Source: Tubiluchus corallicola
Lineage: Eukaryota; Animalia; Priapulida
NCBI GenBank assembly: GCA_030141605.1
Contig: JAQGDQ010002419.1
Location: forward strand, 1-56,156
Direction of reading: 5' to 3'
DNA length: 56,156 bases
Shown: piece by piece, positions 8,987 to 19,149 of the stretch
Numbering within the stretch: position 1 is the first letter of the stretch
Layout of the letters: every line of letters begins with the position of its first letter
Program-made: the position numbers and the translations under genes
Notes under the pieces: generated by a model
Databases searched by the model: none
What the model saw: the letters and a program-made list of their open reading frames with translations, nothing else
Told to the model about the DNA's origin: nothing

Positions 8987-11900
8987 TCAATTCTCTGTTA
9001 CATATCTTATATGAAAAGTAGTGGCAGTATCGTTTCTAATATACATTTGTCCTATTCCTAACTCTTCTATGTCCAAAGGGTCGTAGGAGGCTTTGTAGTT
9101 ATACTGATATTGTTCCAGAGCGTCTTCATCTTCGTTTCCTATGTTCGAAAGTCTACCAAAATCGTCATAACCATATTTTATAGTCTGCTCTTGTGAAGAA
9201 ACTTCTTGTTGCAGTTGTAGTAGGTTGGTGTATGCATAATTAGAAACATACTTACCTGCATCTACAGAGTGTGTTTTGGGTAGATTACTCGAGGTGTAAG
9301 AATAGGAAATAGGCACGGCATCTTTACCAGTATATTTCAGTATGTTGCCTTTGTTGTCGTATTGGTTGAAGGTGGTTTGTAACTCATAATTATCTGCAAG
9401 GGTATTGTAAGTTTCTATGCTTTCTACAATGTAGTCAGGGTCTTCATTGCTTCCTAATACATAGTTGATTTTTTGTCCTGATAGGAGTTTCCCGTTTTTT
9501 CTTATCTCTTGCTGTACTGGGGCAATAATATGCTTGTCCTCAAAGTATTGTTTTATAGGCTGATTGCTCTGATGCACATAAGTAATAGAAGTTTCTGTGG
9601 TCTCTACATTATCACTGGCAATTACTTTTACAGGTAGGTTTTTGTATTTACTGTATTTTTCATATTCATAGGTGGTAGTGGTAGTGATAGGCTGCCTTGC
9701 ACTTTCGGCATAATCTTCGCGAATAGTCCCTTCCAAAGTTTTAGTAACTGCAGCTATATCATAGGTGCTATGACGTAAAAGATTATCATTTTTATCTATC
9801 TGTACATTGTAGCCTCCAACAGAGTTGCTCCATTTTAAACTATAATTGTTAGAAGTTTTATTGAGTAAGTTATCTTTATTGTCATAAGTTTCTTGTTGAT
9901 AGAGATAAGTCCTATACACATCTCTGTCTGTAATGGTAGAAAAAAGCAGGTAGTAAGAACTAGAAGGATCTTGGCCTGCTATTACATCAGGTTTATTGTC
10001 TTCATCTTTGGCTGTTTTAAAGTAAGAAATAGTTTTGCCTTGTTCTTTGTTTGTCTGCATTACCTTGCCAAAACCTACTATACCCCCGCCTGTGGCTAAC
10101 TGTTCGCCTCCGCCCTTAGGATAAAGTAAATAATGATAATAGTCCCAAAAACGTCCAACCTCATACTTTCTATTTCTGTTGAAAGGTATAATACCTTCCT
10201 CATAGTTATAAGTTATTTCTTCCATTACCTCTCCTTTTTCGTCATCCGTAGCTTTTATATTTTTTATAAAACAACCATATTCACTAGTATAGTAGTCGAA
10301 GGTTTTGTGCATTCCTGTAGGGTAGGTAATGGAGGAAAGCAAACCATTCTCTATATTGTTAAGCGAAGGGGCATAATTATATTCTTCGTACTCGTTTATA
10401 CCCTCGAATTTTACTCTTAACATTTCCTTTAACGATGATGAATATTCTATATTCCGTTCTTCATTTTTTTCATTGCTGTCTATATCTAGCTCACTGGGGT
10501 ATGTAAAGTTGTAAAAAGTAGATTTAGGACTTGTAAAATCTACATAGTAACCATAAAAATTCTGTTTGTAAGAAAGTCTATAAGGTAGTTTACTAGGGTT
10601 AATGTAATTAAATTTAAAAGGATTGATATTATCTCCATAGATGTCTTTCTCCTCTATTTCTGTAAGGAACATCCTTTGTGTAGTACCTGCTTGTTCTATA
10701 AAGAAACTACCACTGTGCCATGCATTTGTTTTAAAACGAAATGCAGGCGAGGAGGTAGTAACAGAATTATGATAATTATAAGTAAATGTATAGCTTTTAA
10801 TAAAATCATCATCTTTCGTTTTTATACGTATTTCTCTAAGAAAACTACCTACCTCATCTATCATATCTTTTCTGTTTTCTACTGTAAAGAATTCTACTTT
10901 GTGGTTGCCTCCTTCTACCTCTTGCAACATAGGGGTATGGGCTGTAACCAAACTTTTAGCAATTCCTATTTCATTACGAGGAACTGGGGACTCATATCTG
11001 TAAAACTTATTATCCTCTATTTTGGGATAAGAATTCTGAATACAAACACCTGACAGCCTACTGCCTTGATAATACCGACTTGTTTGTTTTTTATAAGAAA
11101 AGGTTACTTTATCATTAAAAGCAGGTTGTATTATCTCTATTAAATGCCAAGAGGACCTATAACTATACGATTGACTACTATTGATTACACGTTTTTCCTG
11201 CAAATCCAAAGAATAAGCGGGAATTTTCTTGATTACTATCCCCAGAAAATTTCTCTTCCAAATTTCCTCAAACTTTGAAGTATAACGTACAATTTCACTT
11301 GTATTTTCTATTTCCATCTCTTCTATGGCTTCTTCTTCATAGCCAAATCTGTAAATAGTGCCATCTTCGGCAGTAATAGTAAAGCCATTAATGGTTGAAG
11401 AAGAAGCATCCATCTCTATTTTCAGGTTGTTATCGTTGGCAAGAATATTAATTCTGTTAGAAGCGGCTCTTCTGCTAATAGTGAATTTACCGTTTAAGTT
11501 GCCACAAGAAAAATAAAATATATCAGGGTGGAGATCGTTATCTTTCATTTCTTCGACTGATGCCCAATTATCCCAATAGCCTATCTTTTCTTTTGTTTCA
11601 TTTTTACTATCTACTACACCGTCATTATTATCTTCAATAATAGATTTTACTTGGGTTGTTTTCTCATCGGGGTAGCCTTTTACTACACGAGTAATCACTC
11701 CGCTTGCTTGTAAGTTCCATCCCATACCTACCCAAGAAGCTAGGTCATCTACTCTTACTCCGTTGGAATGATACACCAAGCTAATGGGCACGGATAGGTG
11801 GGTACTTTTCAGGGTGTACAAAGGAATGCCTACATTAATAGCTCCTGTGTAAAGGCTAGAGGCGGTAGAGGCAGAACGTATCAGCCCTGCTACTGTGGGT

Positions 11901-12160
11901 GAGGGTACAGTAACCAAACTACTACTACCAGACAAGGCTCCGAACTCGTCACTGCTCATTGAAGTAGGAACACCTTTATGTAAGGATTTTAACATCAAAT
12001 GACTGGTAGTATCTTCTTCTGCTGCTGTATCTTCCTGTTCAGCTGGAAGATAGGGCTGGGCAGAAGTCAAGCTAAAAGAGAAAAGAAAAAAGAAAAAAAC
12101 ACTCTTTCCTCTCCCATAGATACAAAATAAAGACAAAAATATAAATGCAAGTGTTTTCAT
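8987..12160 (-). CDS. YD-repeat protein, N-terminal half of a split Rhs/TcB-like shell
   Basis: Signal peptide; PSPTVAGL..SLYTGAINVGIPLY..PISLVYHSNGVRV..ASWVGMGWNL..GVITRVVKGYPDE; PDIFYF; LSSITYPTG; terminal YGYDDFGRL. Confidence 0.85.
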   Translation of the reverse strand: MKTLAFIFLSLFCIYGRGKSVFFFFLFSFSLTSAQPYLPAEQEDTAAEEDTTSHLMLKSLHKGVPTSMSSDEFGALSGSSSLVTVPSPTVAGLIRSASTASSLYTGAINVGIPLYTLKSTHLSVPISLVYHSNGVRVDDLASWVGMGWNLQASGVITRVVKGYPDEKTTQVKSIIEDNNDGVVDSKNETKEKIGYWDNWASVEEMKDNDLHPDIFYFSCGNLNGKFTISRRAASNRINILANDNNLKIEMDASSSTINGFTITAEDGTIYRFGYEEEAIEEMEIENTSEIVRYTSKFEEIWKRNFLGIVIKKIPAYSLDLQEKRVINSSQSYSYRSSWHLIEIIQPAFNDKVTFSYKKQTSRYYQGSRLSGVCIQNSYPKIEDNKFYRYESPVPRNEIGIAKSLVTAHTPMLQEVEGGNHKVEFFTVENRKDMIDEVGSFLREIRIKTKDDDFIKSYTFTYNYHNSVTTSSPAFRFKTNAWHSGSFFIEQAGTTQRMFLTEIEEKDIYGDNINPFKFNYINPSKLPYRLSYKQNFYGYYVDFTSPKSTFYNFTYPSELDIDSNEKNEERNIEYSSSLKEMLRVKFEGINEYEEYNYAPSLNNIENGLLSSITYPTGMHKTFDYYTSEYGCFIKNIKATDDEKGEVMEEITYNYEEGIIPFNRNRKYEVGRFWDYYHYLLYPKGGGEQLATGGGIVGFGKVMQTNKEQGKTISYFKTAKDEDNKPDVIAGQDPSSSYYLLFSTITDRDVYRTYLYQQETYDNKDNLLNKTSNNYSLKWSNSVGGYNVQIDKNDNLLRHSTYDIAAVTKTLEGTIREDYAESARQPITTTTTYEYEKYSKYKNLPVKVIASDNVETTETSITYVHQSNQPIKQYFEDKHIIAPVQQEIRKNGKLLSGQKINYVLGSNEDPDYIVESIETYNTLADNYELQTTFNQYDNKGNILKYTGKDAVPISYSYTSSNLPKTHSVDAGKYVSNYAYTNLLQLQQEVSSQEQTIKYGYDDFGRLSNIGNEDEDALEQYQYNYKASYDPLDIEELGIGQMYIRNDTATTFHIRYVTEN

Positions 12161-12173
12161 TTGTTAAAACCTC

Positions 12174-12948
12174 TTAGTTTAAGATAATTTTCTTACTGAC
12201 AATAAAATCATTATAGACCGTTTGTATCAAATAAATACCTTTGGGAAGAAAAGATAAATCAAAAGTAGCTATATCTTTTTTGGGTACGGTGGTTCGCACC
12301 ACAGACCCCTCCTCTCATTGCTCTAACTTCTACTATCTCTTTTTCTACCCCGTATTCATATTTGATATTTACAATACCATTTGTAGGGTTAGGATAAAGT
12401 ATAAATTGATATAGCTCAGTGTTTTTCGAAAGGTGTTTCAAAGAATATTCGCCTATGTAAATAGTATCGGAAGTAGAAAGAAGAGGAATGGCTTCTCCTT
12501 TGTGATTGTTTGCCATATAAGGATGAGCAGACACAGAGATAAAGTCCTTGGTTAAACCCTCTTTTATCTTTACAAAAAGAGAGAGTACATTTTCTTTACT
12601 GTCTAAAAAAAAGTTCTCATTCAAACCTGTAACAGCATAACGCAGCAGCCCTTCACTTTGATTTTGTTGATATAGGTCAATATAATCCTTGCCTCGCTCT
12701 CCAAAAGTGCTGCCTGTGGAAAGTGCAATAGAATTAGTGTCCAAGTCCTGTGGGTTATAACGAATGTCAAAAGCTATACCATAAAGAAGTTCTATATTAT
12801 CTTGAGGGTAGAAATTAAAAACCACCACCTCATCCAAACGCTCACGAGATAAAACAGGAGTAGGAGTTTCTACTTTTAGCAGCTCTTGCGAGAAAACAGA
12901 ACAATTTAATAGAAAGAAAGATATTAAATTTAAGCAAAATAATCTCAT
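12174..12948 (-). CDS. Cohesin-like protein with T9SS type A C-terminal sorting domain (frameshift at ~12306-12315)
   Basis: Start MRLFCLNLISFFLLNCSVFSQ at 12948. Beta-sandwich with LYGIAFDIRYNPQ..GLLRYAVT..ANNHKGEAIPL, then LYPNPTNGIVNI. The shifted frame continues GSVVRTTVPKKDIATFDLSFLPKGIYLIQ..KKIILN* to 12174. The ORF track gives 12259..13032. Confidence 0.72.
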
Positions 12949-13001
12949 AAGACTAAAAGATTTTAAGAAATTAGGTGTAAAATATCTTAACTTAAAAAAC
13001 A

Positions 13002-13033
13002 CAAGTTTACATAAAAAAACTCTTTTGTACAAA
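13002..13033 (-). promoter_or_regulatory. Putative Bacteroidota sigma-A promoter of the Rhs operon
   Basis: Minus strand TTTG (13033-13030), 20 nt, TAAACTTG (13009-13002); one mismatch to TAnnTTTG; supports the 12948 start. Confidence 0.45.
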
Positions 13034-13282
13034 AAAATATATTAAGAATTAGCAATATATTCTAAGTAGTTTAAAACCATCCTTAAATTCAGTTACTGCT
13101 AAGTACAATACAAGTTTTAGAAACTTTCATCTTTTAGTTTTTGGCAATAAAAATAGGCAATGAATGAAAAATTAAATATTAGTATACCATTACCTTATTT
13201 TGTTATAAAGACTATCTTTGTAAAACTTAAATATTTAACTCCTATTTAACCTTTATTTATTAGTCAACACAAACAAGCTAAT

Positions 13283-14326
13283 ATGAACAAAAAAGTAAGT
13301 ATTAAAGATATTGAAAAAGAAACAGGTATTTCAAAAGGCACAATCCATAGAGTATTACACAAAACAGGCTATGTAGCAGACGGAACTAGAAAAAAGGTAC
13401 TACAAGCAGTAAAAAAATTAAACTACAAACCAAACTTACTTGCAAGCACATTAGCTTATAATAAAAAACGAACTTTTGCTACTTTAATTCCAGACCCTGC
13501 AGAAATTTCTTTTTGGAAAGATGTAGACAAAGGCTGTAAAAAAGCCATCAAAGAACTTTCTTTCTTTAATATAGATGTACAACGTTTCTATTTTAGCTTA
13601 AAAGACAATGACTTCGAAGAGCAAAGCCAAAACATTTTATCCATAAAAGACGTATCAGGAGTTGTATTTGTCCCTACCTTTAAAGAAGCATCTTACAAGT
13701 TCTCTTCACAATTGGAACGCCAAAAGGTTCCATTTATAAATATAAATGTGCACGACAGAAACCTCCCCTATATTGCCTATCTCGGACAAGATGCTTATGG
13801 AATAGGACAACAAGGAGCTTTTTTAATAAACTCTGTTGTTCCCGAAGGAAAAACTTTAATAACCAACTTATATTCACAAAATAAACACTCTATCTATAGA
13901 GAACGAAGAATAAAAGGATTCTCTGATTTTTATGGAAAAATAGGTAGAAAAAACGATATTATACTATTTGAAGCCTCTACCAACAATGAAAAAAACTTAG
14001 TAAAATCATTAAAAGAAGTACTTGATAAACATACGATTAGCTCTATATTTATTAATAACTCGCGAGGATATCTAATCGGTAATTTTCTGAAACAACACAA
14101 TTATAAAGGCATATACTTTGTTGGAATGGATTTAATAAAAGAAAACATCTCATTGATGAAAGAAGACTATATTGATTTTCTTATCTCACAAAAGCCTGAA
14201 ACACAAGGAGAACAAGGACTAATGCTTTTGTTTGATGTGCTAATAAAAAAACAAGCTATTGAAAAAATACAATATCTCCCCATAGATTTAATAAACAGAT
14301 ACAACTTAGAATATTATCACATATAA
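13283..14326 (+). CDS. LacI-family transcriptional regulator
   Basis: N-terminal HTH VSIKDIEKETGISKGTIHRVLH..YKPNLLASTLA plus a sugar-binding domain. Confidence 0.93.
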   Translation: MNKKVSIKDIEKETGISKGTIHRVLHKTGYVADGTRKKVLQAVKKLNYKPNLLASTLAYNKKRTFATLIPDPAEISFWKDVDKGCKKAIKELSFFNIDVQRFYFSLKDNDFEEQSQNILSIKDVSGVVFVPTFKEASYKFSSQLERQKVPFININVHDRNLPYIAYLGQDAYGIGQQGAFLINSVVPEGKTLITNLYSQNKHSIYRERRIKGFSDFYGKIGRKNDIILFEASTNNEKNLVKSLKEVLDKHTISSIFINNSRGYLIGNFLKQHNYKGIYFVGMDLIKENISLMKEDYIDFLISQKPETQGEQGLMLLFDVLIKKQAIEKIQYLPIDLINRYNLEYYHI

Positions 14327-14352
14327 TTATTTTAAAAAAAATATTAAAAAAG

Positions 14353-14408
14353 TTGCAAAAGATACTTGCGCATATTATATTTGTACTTTAATTGTGTGAA
14401 CGCCCCCG
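14353..14408 (+). promoter_or_regulatory. Promoter of susC1 with a degenerate LacI-type operator
   Basis: TTG (14353-14355), 20 nt, TATATTTG (14376-14383); tgtgaacgcccccg at 14395-14408. Confidence 0.65.
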
Positions 14409-14463
14409 CTTTTATTTATCCTAATTAATAGCAAAAATAACCCTTGATTAGTTAGATGAAAGT

Positions 14464-14479
14464 ACGTGAACGTACACGT
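14464..14479. promoter_or_regulatory. LacI-type operator
   Basis: acgtgaacgtacacgt, near-perfect palindrome with central CG. Confidence 0.7.
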
Positions 14480-14538
14480 GTTTTGTTTCACTAACAAAGC
14501 TAAAAATAAATAAACAAAATTTTTAGTTCAATAAAATA

Positions 14539-14552
14539 TGAGAACGCTCACG
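14539..14552. promoter_or_regulatory. LacI-type operator
   Basis: tgagaacgctcacg, one mismatch to the site at 30466. Confidence 0.65.
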
Positions 14553-14571
14553 ATAAAAACTTACTAACTTT

Positions 14572-17559
14572 ATGAACAATATGTTACCATTCGCAAAAAA
14601 AGCATTTTATATTTTCATCATTAGTTTCTTTTGTTTTTCAAGTACTTTCTCGCAATACACAATTACAGGTAGGGTATTTGACAAAGATAATAACGATGAA
14701 ACTTTACCGGGAGTAAACATAACCATAAGGGGTACCTCAATAGGTACAATCTCCGACATAAATGGATCATATACTATTAGAATAAATGAGAATATAAAGT
14801 CTCCTGTACTCGTTTTCTCATACATAGGATACAAGACCCAAGAAATAAACGTAGAAGGAAGAATAATAATCAATGTGCATTTATCTACTGATGCCCTACT
14901 ATTGGACGAGCTGGTAGTAGTAGGATACGGAACACAGTCGAGAAGCAACATAGTAAGTGCTATTTCATCTGTTGAGGCAGAGGAGATGCAAAAGATACCC
15001 ACTACCGACGTAGGAGAAATGCTTAGAGGAAGAGCAGCAGGGGTGCAAGTTACAGTTGATAACGCCTCGCCGGGAGGTTCATCCAATATTCTTATCCGAG
15101 GACAAAGCTCCTTATCTGGCGGCAACGACCCTCTTATTATTTTAGATGGAGTGCCTGTAAGTAGCCTCAACGATATAAACCCCAGAGATATAGAATCATT
15201 AGAAGTATTAAAAGACGCATCATCACAAGCCATTTATGGAGCAAGAGCCTCCAATGGTGTTATTCTCGTCACTACAAAAAGAGGAAAAGAAGGAAAGGCA
15301 GAAGTAAGTTACAACGCCTATGTAGGTTTTCAGAATGCAGTAAAAAGAAACTTTGACATATACAATGGAGATGAATATGCTCAATTTAGAAGAGAAGCAT
15401 TTAGAACAGACAATAATGGATATATACCCGACGAAGACATATTTACTTCCTTAATGTTAGATGTTTTAGAATCAGGACAGTTTATTGACTGGGAAGATGA
15501 ATATTTGCAGAAAAACACACTTGTTACACAGCACGATATAAGTATAAGAGGTGGAACAGATTTAACCAAAGCGGCTTTCAGTTTCGGTTATTTCGATAAC
15601 GAGGGTGTACTACCCAATTCTAATTACAACCGCTACAACATTCGTCTGAATGTAGACCAAAAAGTAAATAACTGGCTAGATATGGGAGCCAATTTCTATT
15701 ACTTTATAGGATATAGAGAAAGAGAACCTTTTAACCGTAATGTTTTTACTCTCCCTCCCATATCAAAAAAATATGATGACAATGGTAACTTATTAACTTT
15801 TGTAACAGATGAAGGAACTTATTTCAACCCCTTCATAAATATTGAAGAAACTATTAGGGAATCTGTTTCTCATAAGGGAATTTACAATATCTTTTTTGAT
15901 GCAAGGCTGCCATTTGACGTAAAATACCGTTTAAATGCTAGTTGGAGAACATGGAACGAGACTGCAGGAAACTATCAGTCCTCATTAGAGCAAAGTGGAA
16001 GGTCTGTAGGAGGTAAAGCAACTCATACCAATGGGGAATCTCGTGAATATCTGATAGAAAATATATTTACTTACGATAAAAAAATTAACAAGCACCATAT
16101 GGATTTCACAGGTGTACATAGTATCAACCAACGTTATTGGGGACAAACTACTAACAATGCTTTCGGATTTCCCAACGACTTATTAGGATGGAAGGGTATA
16201 GCAGGAGCAGAAACACAAACCATCAGCAGAAACGAAACACAAAGAAGGCTTGTTTCCTTTATGGGCAGAGCAAGATACAATTATGACAACAAGTATATAC
16301 TAACACTTACAGCAAGAGCAGACGCTTCTTCTGTTTTTGGAGCTAATAACAAATGGGGCTACTTCCCTTCCGCAGCAATAGGCTGGAATGCTCATCAAGA
16401 AGATTTTTTGAAAGACGTTTTGTGGCTAAGCCAATTAAAAACAAGAATAAGTTACGGACAGACAGGTAACGAAGCCATTAGCCCCTACCAAAGCCTTGGA
16501 ACATCTACCGAATACTATTATGTTTTTGGAGACCAAGTGGGATCAGGGTTTGCTCCTGACTATCAACTACCCAATCCCAACTTAAAATGGGAAACCTCTA
16601 CCACACTTAATACGGGTATTGATTTTGGGTTATTAAAGGGACGTGTGCAAGGAAGTTTTGAGTATTACAATATTCAAACTACTGATTTGTTGATAAACAG
16701 AAGTATCAATGCAGTAACAGGTTATACCATTATGTTAGAGAACGTGGGCAGAGTTGAGAACCAAGGAATAGAGTTATCTGTAACAGGACATATTATAGAC
16801 AACAAAGACCTTCGCATATCACTTACGCCAATTTTCACACTCAATAGAAACAAAATAAAAGAGCTCTATGGTGCATTAGACACAATACCTAATGGAAATT
16901 CAAACACAGGATGGCGTATTGTAGGAGAGCCTATTAACAATTATTACGATTTTGTGTTCGATGGAATATGGCAAGAAAACGACGATATACTCAATTCGCA
17001 CATGCCCACAGCAAAACCTGGAGACATTAAAGTGAAAGACGTAAATGGAGACGGAGAAATAACAGATGCTGATAGGGTGGCAATGAGTAGAGTACCAGAT
17101 TGGATAGGCTCTCTGGTGCTTAATGTAAATTACAAGAATCTTGATTTTTCAGCTGAACTCTATACTGTTCAAAATCTAACAAGAGTAAACCCATATTTAC
17201 ACCAACATACTCTTGGAGGTGATTTAAGAGGGCAGCAAAACGGTATAAAAAGAGACTATTGGACACCTGAAAACCCCTCCAACACAGCACCAAGACCTTC
17301 TGACAAAGCGTCAGACCCTAACATAAGAATTAGTGCCTATGAAAACTCATCTTACGTTAGATTAAGATCGATGGTATTGGGCTATACCTTTCCAGAAAAG
17401 TGGTTGAATCCTTATAGAATTAAAAATCTTAGAGTATATACCTCAGTAACCAACCCATTTACCTGGATGAACTACCAATCGTACAGTCCTGAGAAAGACC
17501 CCAGTAGCTATCCAGAAGCATTTACCTACAACTTTGGTATAAGACTTACTTTCTTATAA
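14572..17559 (+). CDS. susC: SusC/RagA-family TonB-dependent transporter
   Basis: LDELVVVGYG, PLIILDG, IESLEVLKDASSQAIYGARASNGVILVTTKRG, NPNLKWETS motifs. Confidence 0.97.
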   Translation: MNNMLPFAKKAFYIFIISFFCFSSTFSQYTITGRVFDKDNNDETLPGVNITIRGTSIGTISDINGSYTIRINENIKSPVLVFSYIGYKTQEINVEGRIIINVHLSTDALLLDELVVVGYGTQSRSNIVSAISSVEAEEMQKIPTTDVGEMLRGRAAGVQVTVDNASPGGSSNILIRGQSSLSGGNDPLIILDGVPVSSLNDINPRDIESLEVLKDASSQAIYGARASNGVILVTTKRGKEGKAEVSYNAYVGFQNAVKRNFDIYNGDEYAQFRREAFRTDNNGYIPDEDIFTSLMLDVLESGQFIDWEDEYLQKNTLVTQHDISIRGGTDLTKAAFSFGYFDNEGVLPNSNYNRYNIRLNVDQKVNNWLDMGANFYYFIGYREREPFNRNVFTLPPISKKYDDNGNLLTFVTDEGTYFNPFINIEETIRESVSHKGIYNIFFDARLPFDVKYRLNASWRTWNETAGNYQSSLEQSGRSVGGKATHTNGESREYLIENIFTYDKKINKHHMDFTGVHSINQRYWGQTTNNAFGFPNDLLGWKGIAGAETQTISRNETQRRLVSFMGRARYNYDNKYILTLTARADASSVFGANNKWGYFPSAAIGWNAHQEDFLKDVLWLSQLKTRISYGQTGNEAISPYQSLGTSTEYYYVFGDQVGSGFAPDYQLPNPNLKWETSTTLNTGIDFGLLKGRVQGSFEYYNIQTTDLLINRSINAVTGYTIMLENVGRVENQGIELSVTGHIIDNKDLRISLTPIFTLNRNKIKELYGALDTIPNGNSNTGWRIVGEPINNYYDFVFDGIWQENDDILNSHMPTAKPGDIKVKDVNGDGEITDADRVAMSRVPDWIGSLVLNVNYKNLDFSAELYTVQNLTRVNPYLHQHTLGGDLRGQQNGIKRDYWTPENPSNTAPRPSDKASDPNIRISAYENSSYVRLRSMVLGYTFPEKWLNPYRIKNLRVYTSVTNPFTWMNYQSYSPEKDPSSYPEAFTYNFGIRLTFL

Positions 17560-17577
17560 AATAAAACACTATAAAAA

Positions 17578-19125
17578 ATGAAAAATAAAATATTTATATA
17601 TTGTATAATACTCATTTTCTCATCGAGTAGCTGTAAAAAATGGTTGGAAGAAACCAACCCTACCGAAGTAGACAACAGCTTTGTTTATAATACACTTGCG
17701 GGTTTAAAAACTAATGTTGTAGCTCTATACAACAGAGAAAGAAGTATTATGAGTTCAAACGAGTCTAAAGATCACACTCTACTATGGGTTATAACAGACC
17801 TTGCATCTCCAAGAACAGGATATCCAAGAGAACGCTATTATGACCCTGAAAGATTTAATCCAGTAAGACTAGGGGCAGCTGAATCTCTTTGGAAGTTAGG
17901 TTATAGAATTATAGAGAGAGCTAATGCCATTATCAAAGCTGCTCCTAATGTGGATATGAGCGAAGAAGAAAGAAACCAAATATTAGCAGAAGCTAAATGC
18001 CATAGAGCACAAGCTTATTTCACTTTAATACGTCTTTTCGACAACATATACTTAACCACTGAACCTACCTCACCAGAATCAGCACTAGATACTACTATTG
18101 TATATAGTCCTGCTCTGGCCGAGGATGTTTTTGATTTGATTAACAACGATTTAGGCTTTGCCATAGAACACTTAGAATGGACAGACTTACCGGGTAGATA
18201 CACCCAAGCATCAGCAAGGCACATAAGAGCCAAAGCAGCTATGTGGCAAGAAGACTGGGATACTGCAATAGAACACTGCGAAGCAATTGTAAATAGTGGT
18301 AATTTTCAGTTGCTTGATACAGATATCGTATTTGGCAAACATACAGGAATAAGAAATCATGATGAAGCAATTTATGTTCAGCAATTTGACTTTGCAAGAA
18401 AAGAAATAGGAGGTGGAGGTGATAAACACAATTTATTCTATATTTTTGTAACCCGCTACTATGAAAGAGATGGAATAATACACGATGTATCACAAGGTGG
18501 AAACTGTCTTGGATGGGCAATACCCAATAACTATCTATTAGGATTGTATGACCAAACAAACGATAAGAGATACAATGACTATTATAGAAACTTTTTCATC
18601 TACAATGACCCCAATAACTTACCTAACAATACAGATTTAGGGGATACCCTAAAAATAAGTTTAAACGAAAATCCTATTAATAGTAGGAGGGCCGCTATAA
18701 GTTTGTGGAAAAATTATGACCCTGCAGGACCTGATGATAAACGAGAAGGGTTTAGCGATATAATTGTATATAGACTGGCAGAAACACACTTAATAGCCGC
18801 AGAAGCTTATATGAGGAATAACAATAACGACAAGGCAGTAGAACACATTAACAAAGTGAGAACAAGAGCAGGGATAAGTGATTTGGAAACAGTAACAGAG
18901 CAGGATATAATGGATGAGAGAGCCAGAGAGTTAGCTTTTGAAGGACAAAGATGGTTCTTCCTGAAAAGAATAGAGAAACTATTAGAGCAAGTAAGAAACT
19001 ATGCAGGGAATGAGGGGGACAATGATGAGGGTAGAGATTTCATACAAAACTACAATGTAAGATGGCCTATACACGACTCGCAAATAAAGCTAATGAGAGA
19101 ATTTCCTCAAAATCCAGGTTATTAA
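17578..19125 (+). CDS. susD: SusD/RagB-family lipoprotein
   Basis: Lipobox SSSC; YRLAETHLIAAEA; ERARELAFEGQRWF; terminal QNPGY. Confidence 0.96.
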   Translation: MKNKIFIYCIILIFSSSSCKKWLEETNPTEVDNSFVYNTLAGLKTNVVALYNRERSIMSSNESKDHTLLWVITDLASPRTGYPRERYYDPERFNPVRLGAAESLWKLGYRIIERANAIIKAAPNVDMSEEERNQILAEAKCHRAQAYFTLIRLFDNIYLTTEPTSPESALDTTIVYSPALAEDVFDLINNDLGFAIEHLEWTDLPGRYTQASARHIRAKAAMWQEDWDTAIEHCEAIVNSGNFQLLDTDIVFGKHTGIRNHDEAIYVQQFDFARKEIGGGGDKHNLFYIFVTRYYERDGIIHDVSQGGNCLGWAIPNNYLLGLYDQTNDKRYNDYYRNFFIYNDPNNLPNNTDLGDTLKISLNENPINSRRAAISLWKNYDPAGPDDKREGFSDIIVYRLAETHLIAAEAYMRNNNNDKAVEHINKVRTRAGISDLETVTEQDIMDERARELAFEGQRWFFLKRIEKLLEQVRNYAGNEGDNDEGRDFIQNYNVRWPIHDSQIKLMREFPQNPGY

Positions 19126-19149
19126 CATAAACAACAAACAATATAAATT

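Noticed and set aside
12949-13032. N-terminal extension of the cohesin ORF from the TTG at 13032
   Set aside because: It overlaps the predicted promoter; the ATG at 12948 gives a clean signal peptide.
17020-17080. DVNGDGEITDADR in SusC1 (and DINGDGKIDEGDR in SusC2) as dockerins
   Set aside because: This single Ca-loop is a routine feature of SusC transporters, not a duplicated dockerin.
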